This document shows positions 56,600-64,000 of a DNA stretch of 64,000 nt, piece by piece (the first letter of the stretch is position 1; each line of letters starts with the position of its first letter). The stretch lies in sequence record PQ306573.1; one strand, written 5' to 3'. The notes beneath the pieces were generated by a model that was not told where the DNA came from, searched no databases, and saw only the letters and a list, made by a program, of their open reading frames with translations. The stretch is from Escherichia phage vB_EcoM_PTE-Eco05. Position numbers and translations under genes: made by a program.

Positions 56600-56992
56600 A
56601 TGGAAATCGGAAAATCTTATATCATTAACCCTTTATTTAAAGATGACTTTGTTCAAGAAGCACCACACAATAACGCTAAGATGTTAAAATTGATTGAACT
56701 CCACGGGCCTAGTTTTGTTGTAAACGGAATGAAACCTGATTATGATAGCGATACGTCAAACGTAGTAAGTGTAACTATGGAAGATGGTACTGTATGTTCT
56801 GCCGGTGGTGAAATTGAAACTTATTTTGAGATTTATTATGATGAGTTCAAATACTTTACTGAGGTAGATTTAGTAAAGCCTCAACCTACTAACGAAGGTA
56901 TAACTTTAGGTATAACAAAAATCCATTGTATCGTAGATGAAACTAACGTCGACGAAATCATCAAACTTTTGCAAAAAACTTTTAAAAAGTAG
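56600..56992 (+). CDS. Hypothetical protein (130 aa)
   Basis: ATG after catgaggaaatcaaa. Confidence 0.55.
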   Translation: MEIGKSYIINPLFKDDFVQEAPHNNAKMLKLIELHGPSFVVNGMKPDYDSDTSNVVSVTMEDGTVCSAGGEIETYFEIYYDEFKYFTEVDLVKPQPTNEGITLGITKIHCIVDETNVDEIIKLLQKTFKK

Positions 56993-57025
56993 TTTATAAC
57001 AAGATAGGGCTATGTTATAGTAGTC
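56992..57025 (+). promoter_or_regulatory. Early-type promoter (GTTTATA, spacer, TATAGTAGTCC)
   Basis: Seen directly. Confidence 0.45.
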
Positions 57026-57054
57026 CTATCAAATCAAAAGTGAAGGAGAATAAA

Positions 57055-57303
57055 ATGAGATTGCAACGCCAGAGCATCAAAGATTCTGAAGTTAGAGGTA
57101 AATGGTACTTCAACATCGTTGGTAAAGATTCTGAACTTGTTGAAAAAGCTGAACATCTTTTACGCGATATGGGATGGGAAGATGAATGCGATGGATGTCC
57201 TCTTTATGAAGACGGAGAAAGCGCAGGATTCTGGATTTACCATTCTGACGTCGAGCAGTTTAAAGCTGATTGGAAAGTTGTTAAGAAAAATCTGAGGAAA
57301 TAA
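57055..57303 (+). CDS. Hypothetical protein (82 aa)
   Basis: Track ORF begins at a GTG at 57040; ATG 57055 follows aaggagaataaa. Confidence 0.5.
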   Translation: MRLQRQSIKDSEVRGKWYFNIVGKDSELVEKAEHLLRDMGWEDECDGCPLYEDGESAGFWIYHSDVEQFKADWKVVKKNLRK

Positions 57304-57305
57304 AA

Positions 57306-57893
57306 ATGCTTAAATTAGTATTCGCATGTGCTCCGACTAAAACAGTTGATGATAAACTGGAATATGCTTTTGGATTAGGTGATGGACTTCCATGGAAGCA
57401 TATCAAACAAGATATGAGTAACTTTGTTGCTCGCACTAAAAACACTGTAATGGTTATGGGTGCTAAGACATTTGCATCATTACCTCGTCTACTCCCAGAT
57501 CGTACTCATGTGGTTGTCACTGATATGGCCAGAGAACTGCCTAGGACCAAAACCAACGAACTTGCGCGTTTCTATATCACCCAATCTGAATTTATTACCT
57601 TGGTAATGGGTGGTGAAATTAACCTGTTTAGCACTGCAACTGACGTACCATTTAAACTTTCTACTGAACATGTTGATGTATCTGTTATTGGTGGCCCTGC
57701 TTTATTGAAACAAGCATTGCCTTATGCTGATGAAATCGTGATGACTAAAATCATTAAGAAATGTCGTGTTAATTCCGATGTTCAACTTGATAAAGATTTC
57801 GTCCAAGATATTATGCTTCAACGTTCTATGGTAGAATCTCATTACTACAGAATCGATGAACTCACCGAAATTACTGAGAGCGTTTATAAATGA
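57306..57893 (+). CDS. frd: Dihydrofolate reductase
   Basis: 195 aa; DHFR-like N-terminus (FACAPTKTVDDKLEYAFGLGDGLPWKHIKQDM) and position directly upstream of td. Confidence 0.8.
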   Translation: MLKLVFACAPTKTVDDKLEYAFGLGDGLPWKHIKQDMSNFVARTKNTVMVMGAKTFASLPRLLPDRTHVVVTDMARELPRTKTNELARFYITQSEFITLVMGGEINLFSTATDVPFKLSTEHVDVSVIGGPALLKQALPYADEIVMTKIIKKCRVNSDVQLDKDFVQDIMLQRSMVESHYYRIDELTEITESVYK

Positions 57894-58438
57894 AACAATA
57901 CCAATACCTGATTAAAGATATCTTAGAAAATGGCTACGAAACAGACGACCGTACAGGTACAGGCACTATTGCCCTGTTCGGAACTAAATTGCGATGGGAT
58001 CTGACTAAAGGATTCCCTGCGGTAACAACTAAGAAATTAGCATGGAAAGCTTGTATTGCCGAGTTACTGTGGTTCATGTCTGGCTCTACCAATGTTAATG
58101 ATTTGCGTATTCGTACTCATGGTAGTCTTATTCAAGGTAAAACTATTTGGGACGACAACTATGAAAATCAGGCAAAAGACCTTGGATATCATAGCGGCGA
58201 ACTTGGTCCTATTTATGGTAAGCAATGGCGTGATTTTGGTGGTGTAGACCAATTGGTCAAAACTATCGACCGTATTAAAGCTCTTCCTAATGATCGTCGT
58301 CAAATAGTTTCTGCATGGAACCCGGCTGAAATTGACCAAATGGCTCTTCCTCCTTGTCATATGTTCTATCAATTTAATGTGCGTAATGGACATCTTGATT
58401 TACAATGGTACCAACGCAGTGTTGATGTTTTCTTAGGT
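57890..58438 (+). CDS. td: Thymidylate synthase, exon 1
   Basis: TS motifs (RTGTGT, PPCH); coding sense ends at ...QRSVDVFLG and is followed by the canonical td intron 5' sequence taatt.aggcct. Confidence 0.9.
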
Positions 58439-59454
58439 TAATTTAGGCCTAGGTATAAGGTGACTTATACTTGTAATCTATCTAAACGGGGGACCTCTCT
58501 AGTAGACAATCCCGTGCTAAATTGTAGGACTACCCTTTAATAAATACTTCTATATAAAAAGAGGTGTTTATGAAAAGCGGAATTTATCAGATTAAAAACA
58601 CTTTAAACGGTAAAGTGTATGTTGGAAGTGCTAAAGATTTTGAGAAAAGATGGAAGAGGCGTTTTAAAGACCTTGAAAACGGTGTTCACTCTTCTATAAA
58701 ATTTCAAAGGTCTTTTAATAAACATGGTAATGTTTTTGAATGCTCTGTACTGGAAGAAATTCCATATGAGAAAGATTTGATTATTGAACGAGAAAATTTT
58801 TTGATTAAAGAGCTAAATTCTAAAATTAATGGATATAATATTGCTGATGCGTCTTTTGGCGATGTGCTTTCAAATCATCCATTAAAAGAAGAAATTGCTA
58901 AGAAACGAGCTGAAACTGTTAAAGCTAAGATGCTTAAGCTTGGTCCTGACGGTCGGAAAGCTCTTTATGGTAAACACGGAAGTAAAAATGGCCGATGGAA
59001 TCCAGAAAACCACAAGTTTTGTAAATGCGGTGTTCGCATACCATCTTCGGCCGATACTTGTGGAAAGTGCCGAAAACGTTCAGGTGAAAATAACCCGTTC
59101 TTTAATCACAAACATTCAGAAAAAACTAAAACTAAACTATCTGAAAAGATGAAAGGCAAAAAGCCAGCTAACATCAAAAAGATTTCATGCGATGGGATTA
59201 TTTTTGAATGTGCAGCCGATGCGGCTAGACATTTTGAAATTTCATCAGGATTAGTTACTTACCGTGTAAAATCTGATAAGTGGAATTGGTTCTACATAAA
59301 TGCCTAACGACTATCCCTTTAGGGAGTAGGGTCAAGTGACTCGAAACGATAGACAACTTGCTTTAACAAGTTGGAGATATAGTCTGCTCTGCATGGTGAC
59401 ATGCAGCTGGATATAATTCCGGGATAAGATTAACGACCTTATCTGAACATAATG
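58439..59454 (+). mobile_element. Group I self-splicing intron in td (1016 nt) carrying a homing endonuclease ORF
   Basis: Exon 1 ends in U (..cttaggt); intron ends ..ataatg; 5' and 3' core segments (gtgacttatacttg..., ...gggataagattaacgaccttatctgaacataatg) flank the ORF; spliced product restores ...FLG-LPFNIASY. Confidence 0.85.
58570..59307 (+). CDS. GIY-YIG homing endonuclease, I-TevI-like (intron-encoded)
   Basis: 245 aa from ATG after agaggtgttt; N-terminal GIYQIKN...GKVYVGSA GIY-YIG module; Cys4 zinc finger and C-terminal DNA-binding domain. Confidence 0.88.
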   Translation: MKSGIYQIKNTLNGKVYVGSAKDFEKRWKRRFKDLENGVHSSIKFQRSFNKHGNVFECSVLEEIPYEKDLIIERENFLIKELNSKINGYNIADASFGDVLSNHPLKEEIAKKRAETVKAKMLKLGPDGRKALYGKHGSKNGRWNPENHKFCKCGVRIPSSADTCGKCRKRSGENNPFFNHKHSEKTKTKLSEKMKGKKPANIKKISCDGIIFECAADAARHFEISSGLVTYRVKSDKWNWFYINA

Positions 59455-59766
59455 CTACCGTTCAACATTGCCTCGTACGCTGCCTTGACGCATATTGTAG
59501 CGAAGATGTGTAACCTTATCCCAGGTGATTTAGTGTTCTCAGGCGGCAACACGCATATCTACAGCAATCATGTAGAACAATGCAAAGAAGTTCTTCGTCG
59601 TGAACCTAAAGAGTTGTGTTCTCTTGAAATTAATTGGCCTAGTAATTTTGAGAATTGGCCTACAAAAATCCAAATGGACTGGGTTACTGGAACGATGACA
59701 CATTCTGATTTCGTTCTTAAAAATTACGAATCTCATCCAACTATCAAAGCTAAAATGGCGGTATAA
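59455..59766 (+). CDS. td: Thymidylate synthase, exon 2
   Basis: Begins LPFNIASYAALTHIV... (TS C-terminal core); joined exons give about 286 aa. Confidence 0.88.
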   Translation, partial: LPFNIASYAALTHIVAKMCNLIPGDLVFSGGNTHIYSNHVEQCKEVLRREPKELCSLEINWPSNFENWPTKIQMDWVTGTMTHSDFVLKNYESHPTIKAKMAV

Positions 59767-60021
59767 ATGATTTTACGTTTTATTAATTCATATGGCACCA
59801 CAATTTTTGAAATGAAAAATCCAAGTGAACTGGATATCCCTTCACCGAATAGTGAAATCACAGTTAAAGGTGAACGATTCATTTGTTATTCACATGAACG
59901 AATTTATGAATATCGTGAATTTTGTGGTGGTTACGGTATGGAAAAAGAACCATTGGTTTATTTCGATATCACGGTCTTGACACCTAAAGAATACGAAGAA
60001 ATTATTGCTGAGGATAATTAA
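59767..60021 (+). CDS. Hypothetical protein (84 aa)
   Basis: ATG directly after td stop. Confidence 0.45.
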   Translation: MILRFINSYGTTIFEMKNPSELDIPSPNSEITVKGERFICYSHERIYEYREFCGGYGMEKEPLVYFDITVLTPKEYEEIIAEDN

Positions 60022-60108
60022 CGCTTCAGTTTAAAAGTGTATAATAAATTAACGGGATAAATACTATCCCGTTTGGAGTAATGTCTATCAACCTATACTG
60101 AGGAATAT

Positions 60109-61533
60109 ATGCAAGTAACTAAGAGCAGTGGTGTATCCCAAAATTTTGATGCACAGAAAATTATTCAAGTCTTAACTTGGCAATGTGAAGGAACACAAAT
60201 TGACCCATATGAATTGTACGAAGAAATTAAGACCCATCTTGTCGACGGGATGAGCACCAAAGATATCCAGAAGATTTGTATTAAAGTTGCAGCTAACTCG
60301 ATTTCTGTCGAAGAACCTGATTATCAGTATGTCGCCGCCAAAGGGCTAATGTTTGCACTTCGTAAAGATGTATATGGGCAGTTTGAACCGCCTGCTTTTA
60401 TCGACCATATTTCTTATTGTGTTAATGAAGGCAAATATGACCCTGAGCTGTTGTCTAGATATTCTGCAGAAGAAATCATTTATCTTGATTCTCGGATTAA
60501 ACATGAGCGAGATTTTGACCTGACTTATGCTGGTGCTATGCAGCTTAAAGAAAAATACCTGGTTAAAGATAAAACAACTGGGAAGATTTATGAAACTCCA
60601 CAGTTTGCTATCATGGCTATCGGTATGGCCTTACACCAAGACGAAACTCATGACCGTTTGAAACATATTATTCGTTTTTATGATGCCGTTTCTACTCATC
60701 AAGTTTCATTGCCAACCCCAATTATGGCAGGTGCTCGTACTCCAACTCGCCAGTTCTCTAGTTGTGTAGTTATTGAAGCCGGTGATTCGTTAAAATCTAT
60801 TAACAAAACTTCAGCATCAATTATTGAATATATTTCTAAACGAGCTGGTATTGGTATCAACGTTGGTATGCTTCGTGCAGAAGGTTCTAAGATTGGTATG
60901 GGTGAAGTTCGACATACAGGTGTTATTCCATTTTGGAAACATTTCCAAACTGCAGTAAAATCTTGTTCTCAAGGTGGTATTCGTGGTGGTGCTGCTACAG
61001 CGTATTATCCGATGTGGCACTTAGAAGTAGAGAACCTATTAGTTCTGAAAAATAACAAAGGCGTGGATGAAAACCGTATTCGACATATGGACTACGGAAT
61101 TCAGATTAATGACCTCATGATGGAACGCCTTGGTAAAAATGATTATATTACTTTATTTAGCCCTCACGAAATGTCAGGCGAACTATACTACTCGTTCTTT
61201 GAAGATCAAGATAAATTCCGTGAGCTTTATGAGAAAGCTGAAAAAGACCCAACAATCAGAAAGAAAAGAATCAAAGCACTAGAACTCTTTGAATTGTTCA
61301 TGACTGAACGTTCTGGTACTGCTCGAATTTATCCACAGTTTGTTGATAACACGAATAACTACACTCCGTTTATTCGTGAAAAAGCTCCAATTCGTCAGAG
61401 TAACTTATGTTGTGAAATCGCTATTCCAACTAATGATGTGAATAGCCAACAAACCCGTTTAATCAAAATTAAGAAGTCGGATGTAGCTAAGTTTTATGAA
61501 GCTAATCCTGGCGGTATAATTCAAAGCAAATAA
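60109..61533 (+). CDS. nrdA: Ribonucleotide reductase large subunit, N-terminal fragment (NrdA-a)
   Basis: 474 aa; class Ia NrdA through active-site SNLCCEIAIPT..NDVN, then about 30 non-homologous residues and a stop. Confidence 0.85.
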   Translation: MQVTKSSGVSQNFDAQKIIQVLTWQCEGTQIDPYELYEEIKTHLVDGMSTKDIQKICIKVAANSISVEEPDYQYVAAKGLMFALRKDVYGQFEPPAFIDHISYCVNEGKYDPELLSRYSAEEIIYLDSRIKHERDFDLTYAGAMQLKEKYLVKDKTTGKIYETPQFAIMAIGMALHQDETHDRLKHIIRFYDAVSTHQVSLPTPIMAGARTPTRQFSSCVVIEAGDSLKSINKTSASIIEYISKRAGIGINVGMLRAEGSKIGMGEVRHTGVIPFWKHFQTAVKSCSQGGIRGGAATAYYPMWHLEVENLLVLKNNKGVDENRIRHMDYGIQINDLMMERLGKNDYITLFSPHEMSGELYYSFFEDQDKFRELYEKAEKDPTIRKKRIKALELFELFMTERSGTARIYPQFVDNTNNYTPFIREKAPIRQSNLCCEIAIPTNDVNSQQTRLIKIKKSDVAKFYEANPGGIIQSK

Positions 61534-61578
61534 AGTACACAGACCGTTAATAAATAATCCATAACAAGAGGAAAAGTT

Positions 61579-62289
61579 ATGGATTATTCTAAAATTTACA
61601 ATAACCTTATTTCTAAAGCTAAGAATAGAAAATTAGATTGCTATACCGAATCACACCATATTATACCTCTGTGTATTGGTGGTTCTGATACAAAGGAAAA
61701 CCTGGTAGATTTGACACCAGAAGAGCATTACATAGCTCATCAATTATTAGTAAAGATATATCCAGATAATCATAAATTGATATTTGCCGCTAATATGATG
61801 TGTGTTTATTCTAAAGATAATATTGAACGAAAGAACACCAATAAACGCCATGGGTGGCTTAGAAGAAAATTGGCTATTTCTGTATCTGAAAATAATAAAG
61901 GCAAACCAGCTTGGAACAAAGGTATTCCTATGTCTCCAGAAGTTAAATCTCGACTTCAAACATCTTGGGTGTTTACATTTCCGGATGGTCATGAGGAAAT
62001 TCATCGAGGTCTTAACGAATTTTGTAAAGAGCATAATTTAAATCCATCTGCAATGTCAGCCGTTTGTAAAGGTAAACGGGCGCATCACAAAGGATTTAAG
62101 TGTAAGAAATTGGATAAGATTTCAGAGCTTGATAATTTAGTTTTCGTCAGTAAACCTCATCCAAAGGGATTAAAACCCCATAACTTAATTGCTGTAAAAA
62201 TAAACGGTATAGAATATCAATCAATACATCGAGCATCTAAAGCTTTAGGAATTACTAGAAAAAAGGTAGAAGAATTAAATGAATATTGA
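61579..62289 (+). CDS. HNH homing endonuclease inserted within nrdA
   Basis: 236 aa; HNH motif ESHHIIPLCIGGSDTKENLVDLTPEEHYIAH; C-terminal putative DNA-binding modules; own RBS aagagga. Confidence 0.8.
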   Translation: MDYSKIYNNLISKAKNRKLDCYTESHHIIPLCIGGSDTKENLVDLTPEEHYIAHQLLVKIYPDNHKLIFAANMMCVYSKDNIERKNTNKRHGWLRRKLAISVSENNKGKPAWNKGIPMSPEVKSRLQTSWVFTFPDGHEEIHRGLNEFCKEHNLNPSAMSAVCKGKRAHHKGFKCKKLDKISELDNLVFVSKPHPKGLKPHNLIAVKINGIEYQSIHRASKALGITRKKVEELNEY

Positions 62290-63268
62290 TTATGAATTTG
62301 TAGATGAATTTTACGAAGATGATGAGTATACTACAATAAAAGTTATTGAAAACAAGGGAGAAGTGGGGCTTTGTACTCTCTCTGCATTCGTATTAGATAA
62401 ATTTGATTGGCAAGACCAAGATAAAATTAATGAACTTGCTGAAGTACAAGTACGTGCACTTGATAACCTGTTAGACTATCAAGATTATCCGGTTCCAGAA
62501 GCTTTAAAAGCTAAAAAGCGTCGTAATCTTGGTGTTGGTGTTACGAACTATGCTGCATGGTTAGCTTCTAACTTTGCTTCATATGAAGACGCTAACGATT
62601 TGACTCATGAATTGTTTGAGAGATTGCAATATGGCCTTATCAAAGCATCAATCAAACTCGCCAAAGAAAAAGGATGTTGCGAGTATTATTCAGACACTAA
62701 ATGGTCTAGAGGCGAATTACCTATCGACTGGTACAATAAAAAGATTGACCAAATCGCAGCCCCGAACTACGTCTGTGACTGGGAAGAACTTCGAGCTGAA
62801 CTCAAAGAACATGGAATTCGTAACTCAACGTTGTCTGCACTCATGCCTTGTGAGTCAAGCAGTCAAGTATCGAACTCTACAAACGGGATTGAGCCCCCAC
62901 GTGGTCCAGTAAGTATTAAAGAATCTAAAGAAGGCAACTTCCGACAGGTTGTTCCTAATATCGAACATAACATGAGTCTTTACGACTACGCGTGGAAACT
63001 TGCTAAGAAAGGTAATAAACCTTATTTGACCCAAGTTGCTATCATGTTGAAATGGGTGTGCCAATCTGCTTCTGCTAATACTTACTACGACCCTGCAGTA
63101 TTTGAGAAAGGTAAAGTGCCAATGTCAGTAATGCTTGACGATCTGCTTTACTTCTGGTACTTTGGCGGAAAAAACCTCTACTATCATAACACCCGTGATG
63201 GGTCAGGTACAGATGACTATGAATTAGAAACACCTAAAGCTGAAGATTGCTCTGCTTGTAAGCTTTAA
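62279..63268 (+). CDS. nrdA: Ribonucleotide reductase large subunit, C-terminal fragment (NrdA-b)
   Basis: 329 aa; resumes at ...GEVGLCTLSAF and contains SALMPCESSSQ and C-terminal CSACKL; start overlaps endonuclease gene end. Confidence 0.85.
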   Translation: MNIDYEFVDEFYEDDEYTTIKVIENKGEVGLCTLSAFVLDKFDWQDQDKINELAEVQVRALDNLLDYQDYPVPEALKAKKRRNLGVGVTNYAAWLASNFASYEDANDLTHELFERLQYGLIKASIKLAKEKGCCEYYSDTKWSRGELPIDWYNKKIDQIAAPNYVCDWEELRAELKEHGIRNSTLSALMPCESSSQVSNSTNGIEPPRGPVSIKESKEGNFRQVVPNIEHNMSLYDYAWKLAKKGNKPYLTQVAIMLKWVCQSASANTYYDPAVFEKGKVPMSVMLDDLLYFWYFGGKNLYYHNTRDGSGTDDYELETPKAEDCSACKL

Positions 63269-63313
63269 GACTTTTGATTATAATTTACTCATGGATGAGT
63301 TAATAACTAAGTG

Positions 63314-64000
63314 AGAAAATATAATGAGTACAGTTTTTAATACACAACAAGTCGATGTTTTGAACGAACCGATGTTCTTTGGTTCTGGTCTTGGTCTTGC
63401 ACGGTATGATATTCAGCGTCATAAAGTTTTTGAAGAACTTATAGAAAAATCCTTGTCATTTTTCTGGCGCCCCGAAGAGGTAAACTTAATGTTGGACTCT
63501 GCACAGTTCAATAAGCTTCCTCAGTTCCAACAGGACATCTTTACAAACAATCTTAAGTATCAATCATTATTGGATTCTATCCAAGGCAGGGCCCCATCTG
63601 CGGTACTTATGGCACTGCTTTCCGACCCTTCATTAGATACGTGGGTTGCAACATGGACATTCAGTGAAACTATTCACTCTCGTTCATATACTCATATTAT
63701 GCGAAATCTTTATACCGATCCATCCAAAGTATTTGATGAGATTGTATTAGACGAAGCAATCATGAAACGAGCTGAATCAATAGGTAAATATTACGATGAT
63801 GTTCTAGTCAAGACTCGTAATTGGGAAAATGCTAAAGAATTTGTAGAACTAGCTAAAGAATCTCCTGATGCCGACTTTCGTTTAAACCGAGCTATTAAAC
63901 AAGAAGCCGAAGCTAAACGTGCTTTAATGAAATCTCTTTACCTCTGTTTGCACGTTATTAATGCCTTAGAAGCTATTCGTTTTTATGTATCTTTTGCGTA
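63314..64000 (+). CDS. nrdB: Ribonucleotide reductase small subunit NrdB, 3' partial (runs off window)
   Basis: MSTVFNTQQVDVLNEPMFFG... with ferritin-like diiron motifs; no stop before window end. Confidence 0.85.

Noticed and set aside
61444-62345. Group I intron interpretation of the nrdA interruption
   Set aside because: There is almost no non-coding sequence flanking the HNH ORF (about 45 nt upstream, none downstream) to hold a ribozyme core, and both NrdA fragments have in-frame extensions with their own stop and start. A split gene is more likely, but without RT-PCR this is not certain.
1-64000. tRNA genes, rRNA genes, CRISPR arrays, integrase or transposase genes
   Set aside because: No cloverleaf-like GC-rich 70-90 nt segments, no direct-repeat/spacer arrays and no integrase or transposase motifs were seen; the only mobile elements are the two homing endonuclease insertions.

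Overview
This 64 kb window reads as a T4-like (T-even, Tevenvirinae-type) myovirus genome segment, AT-rich and densely packed. Gene order is colinear with the T4 map: 45-44-62-regA-43, then 42, uvsX-40-41, 61, 56, soc, ADP-ribosyltransferases, dda, dexA, 39, rIIA-rIIB, 52, motA, asiA on the + strand; holin t and tail-fibre genes 38-37-36-35-34 on the - strand; then rnh-dsbA-33-59-32-frd-td-nrdA-nrdB on the + strand. Identifications rest on my reading of the translated ORFs (motifs, lengths, synteny); no database search was run. The most interesting content is what differs from T4. (1) A sugar-nucleotide biosynthesis module sits between gene 43 and gene 42: a SIS-domain sugar-phosphate isomerase, a bifunctional nucleotidyltransferase/kinase, a HAD phosphatase and a Cys-rich protein. 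(2) A GT-B glycosyltransferase lies between gene 39 and rIIA, and the T4 beta-gt slot holds an unrelated 299-aa protein plus a P-loop kinase-like protein. Together these suggest a non-glucose hypermodification of hydroxymethylcytosine DNA, possibly a pentose such as arabinose; this is inference. (3) td carries a 1016-nt group I intron encoding a GIY-YIG (I-TevI-like) homing endonuclease. (4) nrdA is split in two by an HNH homing endonuclease gene. (5) Gene 39 is an unsplit 605-aa topoisomerase subunit. (6) The tail-fibre tip is T2-type: gp37 with a C-terminal chaperone-like domain plus a glycine-rich gp38. About 19 early-type promoters (GTTTAC(A), then an extended -10), UUCG-tetraloop terminators and TATAAATA late promoters are visible; several early promoters sit inside inverted repeats that would sequester the downstream ribosome-binding site in read-through transcripts. 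No rRNA, tRNA or CRISPR array was seen.
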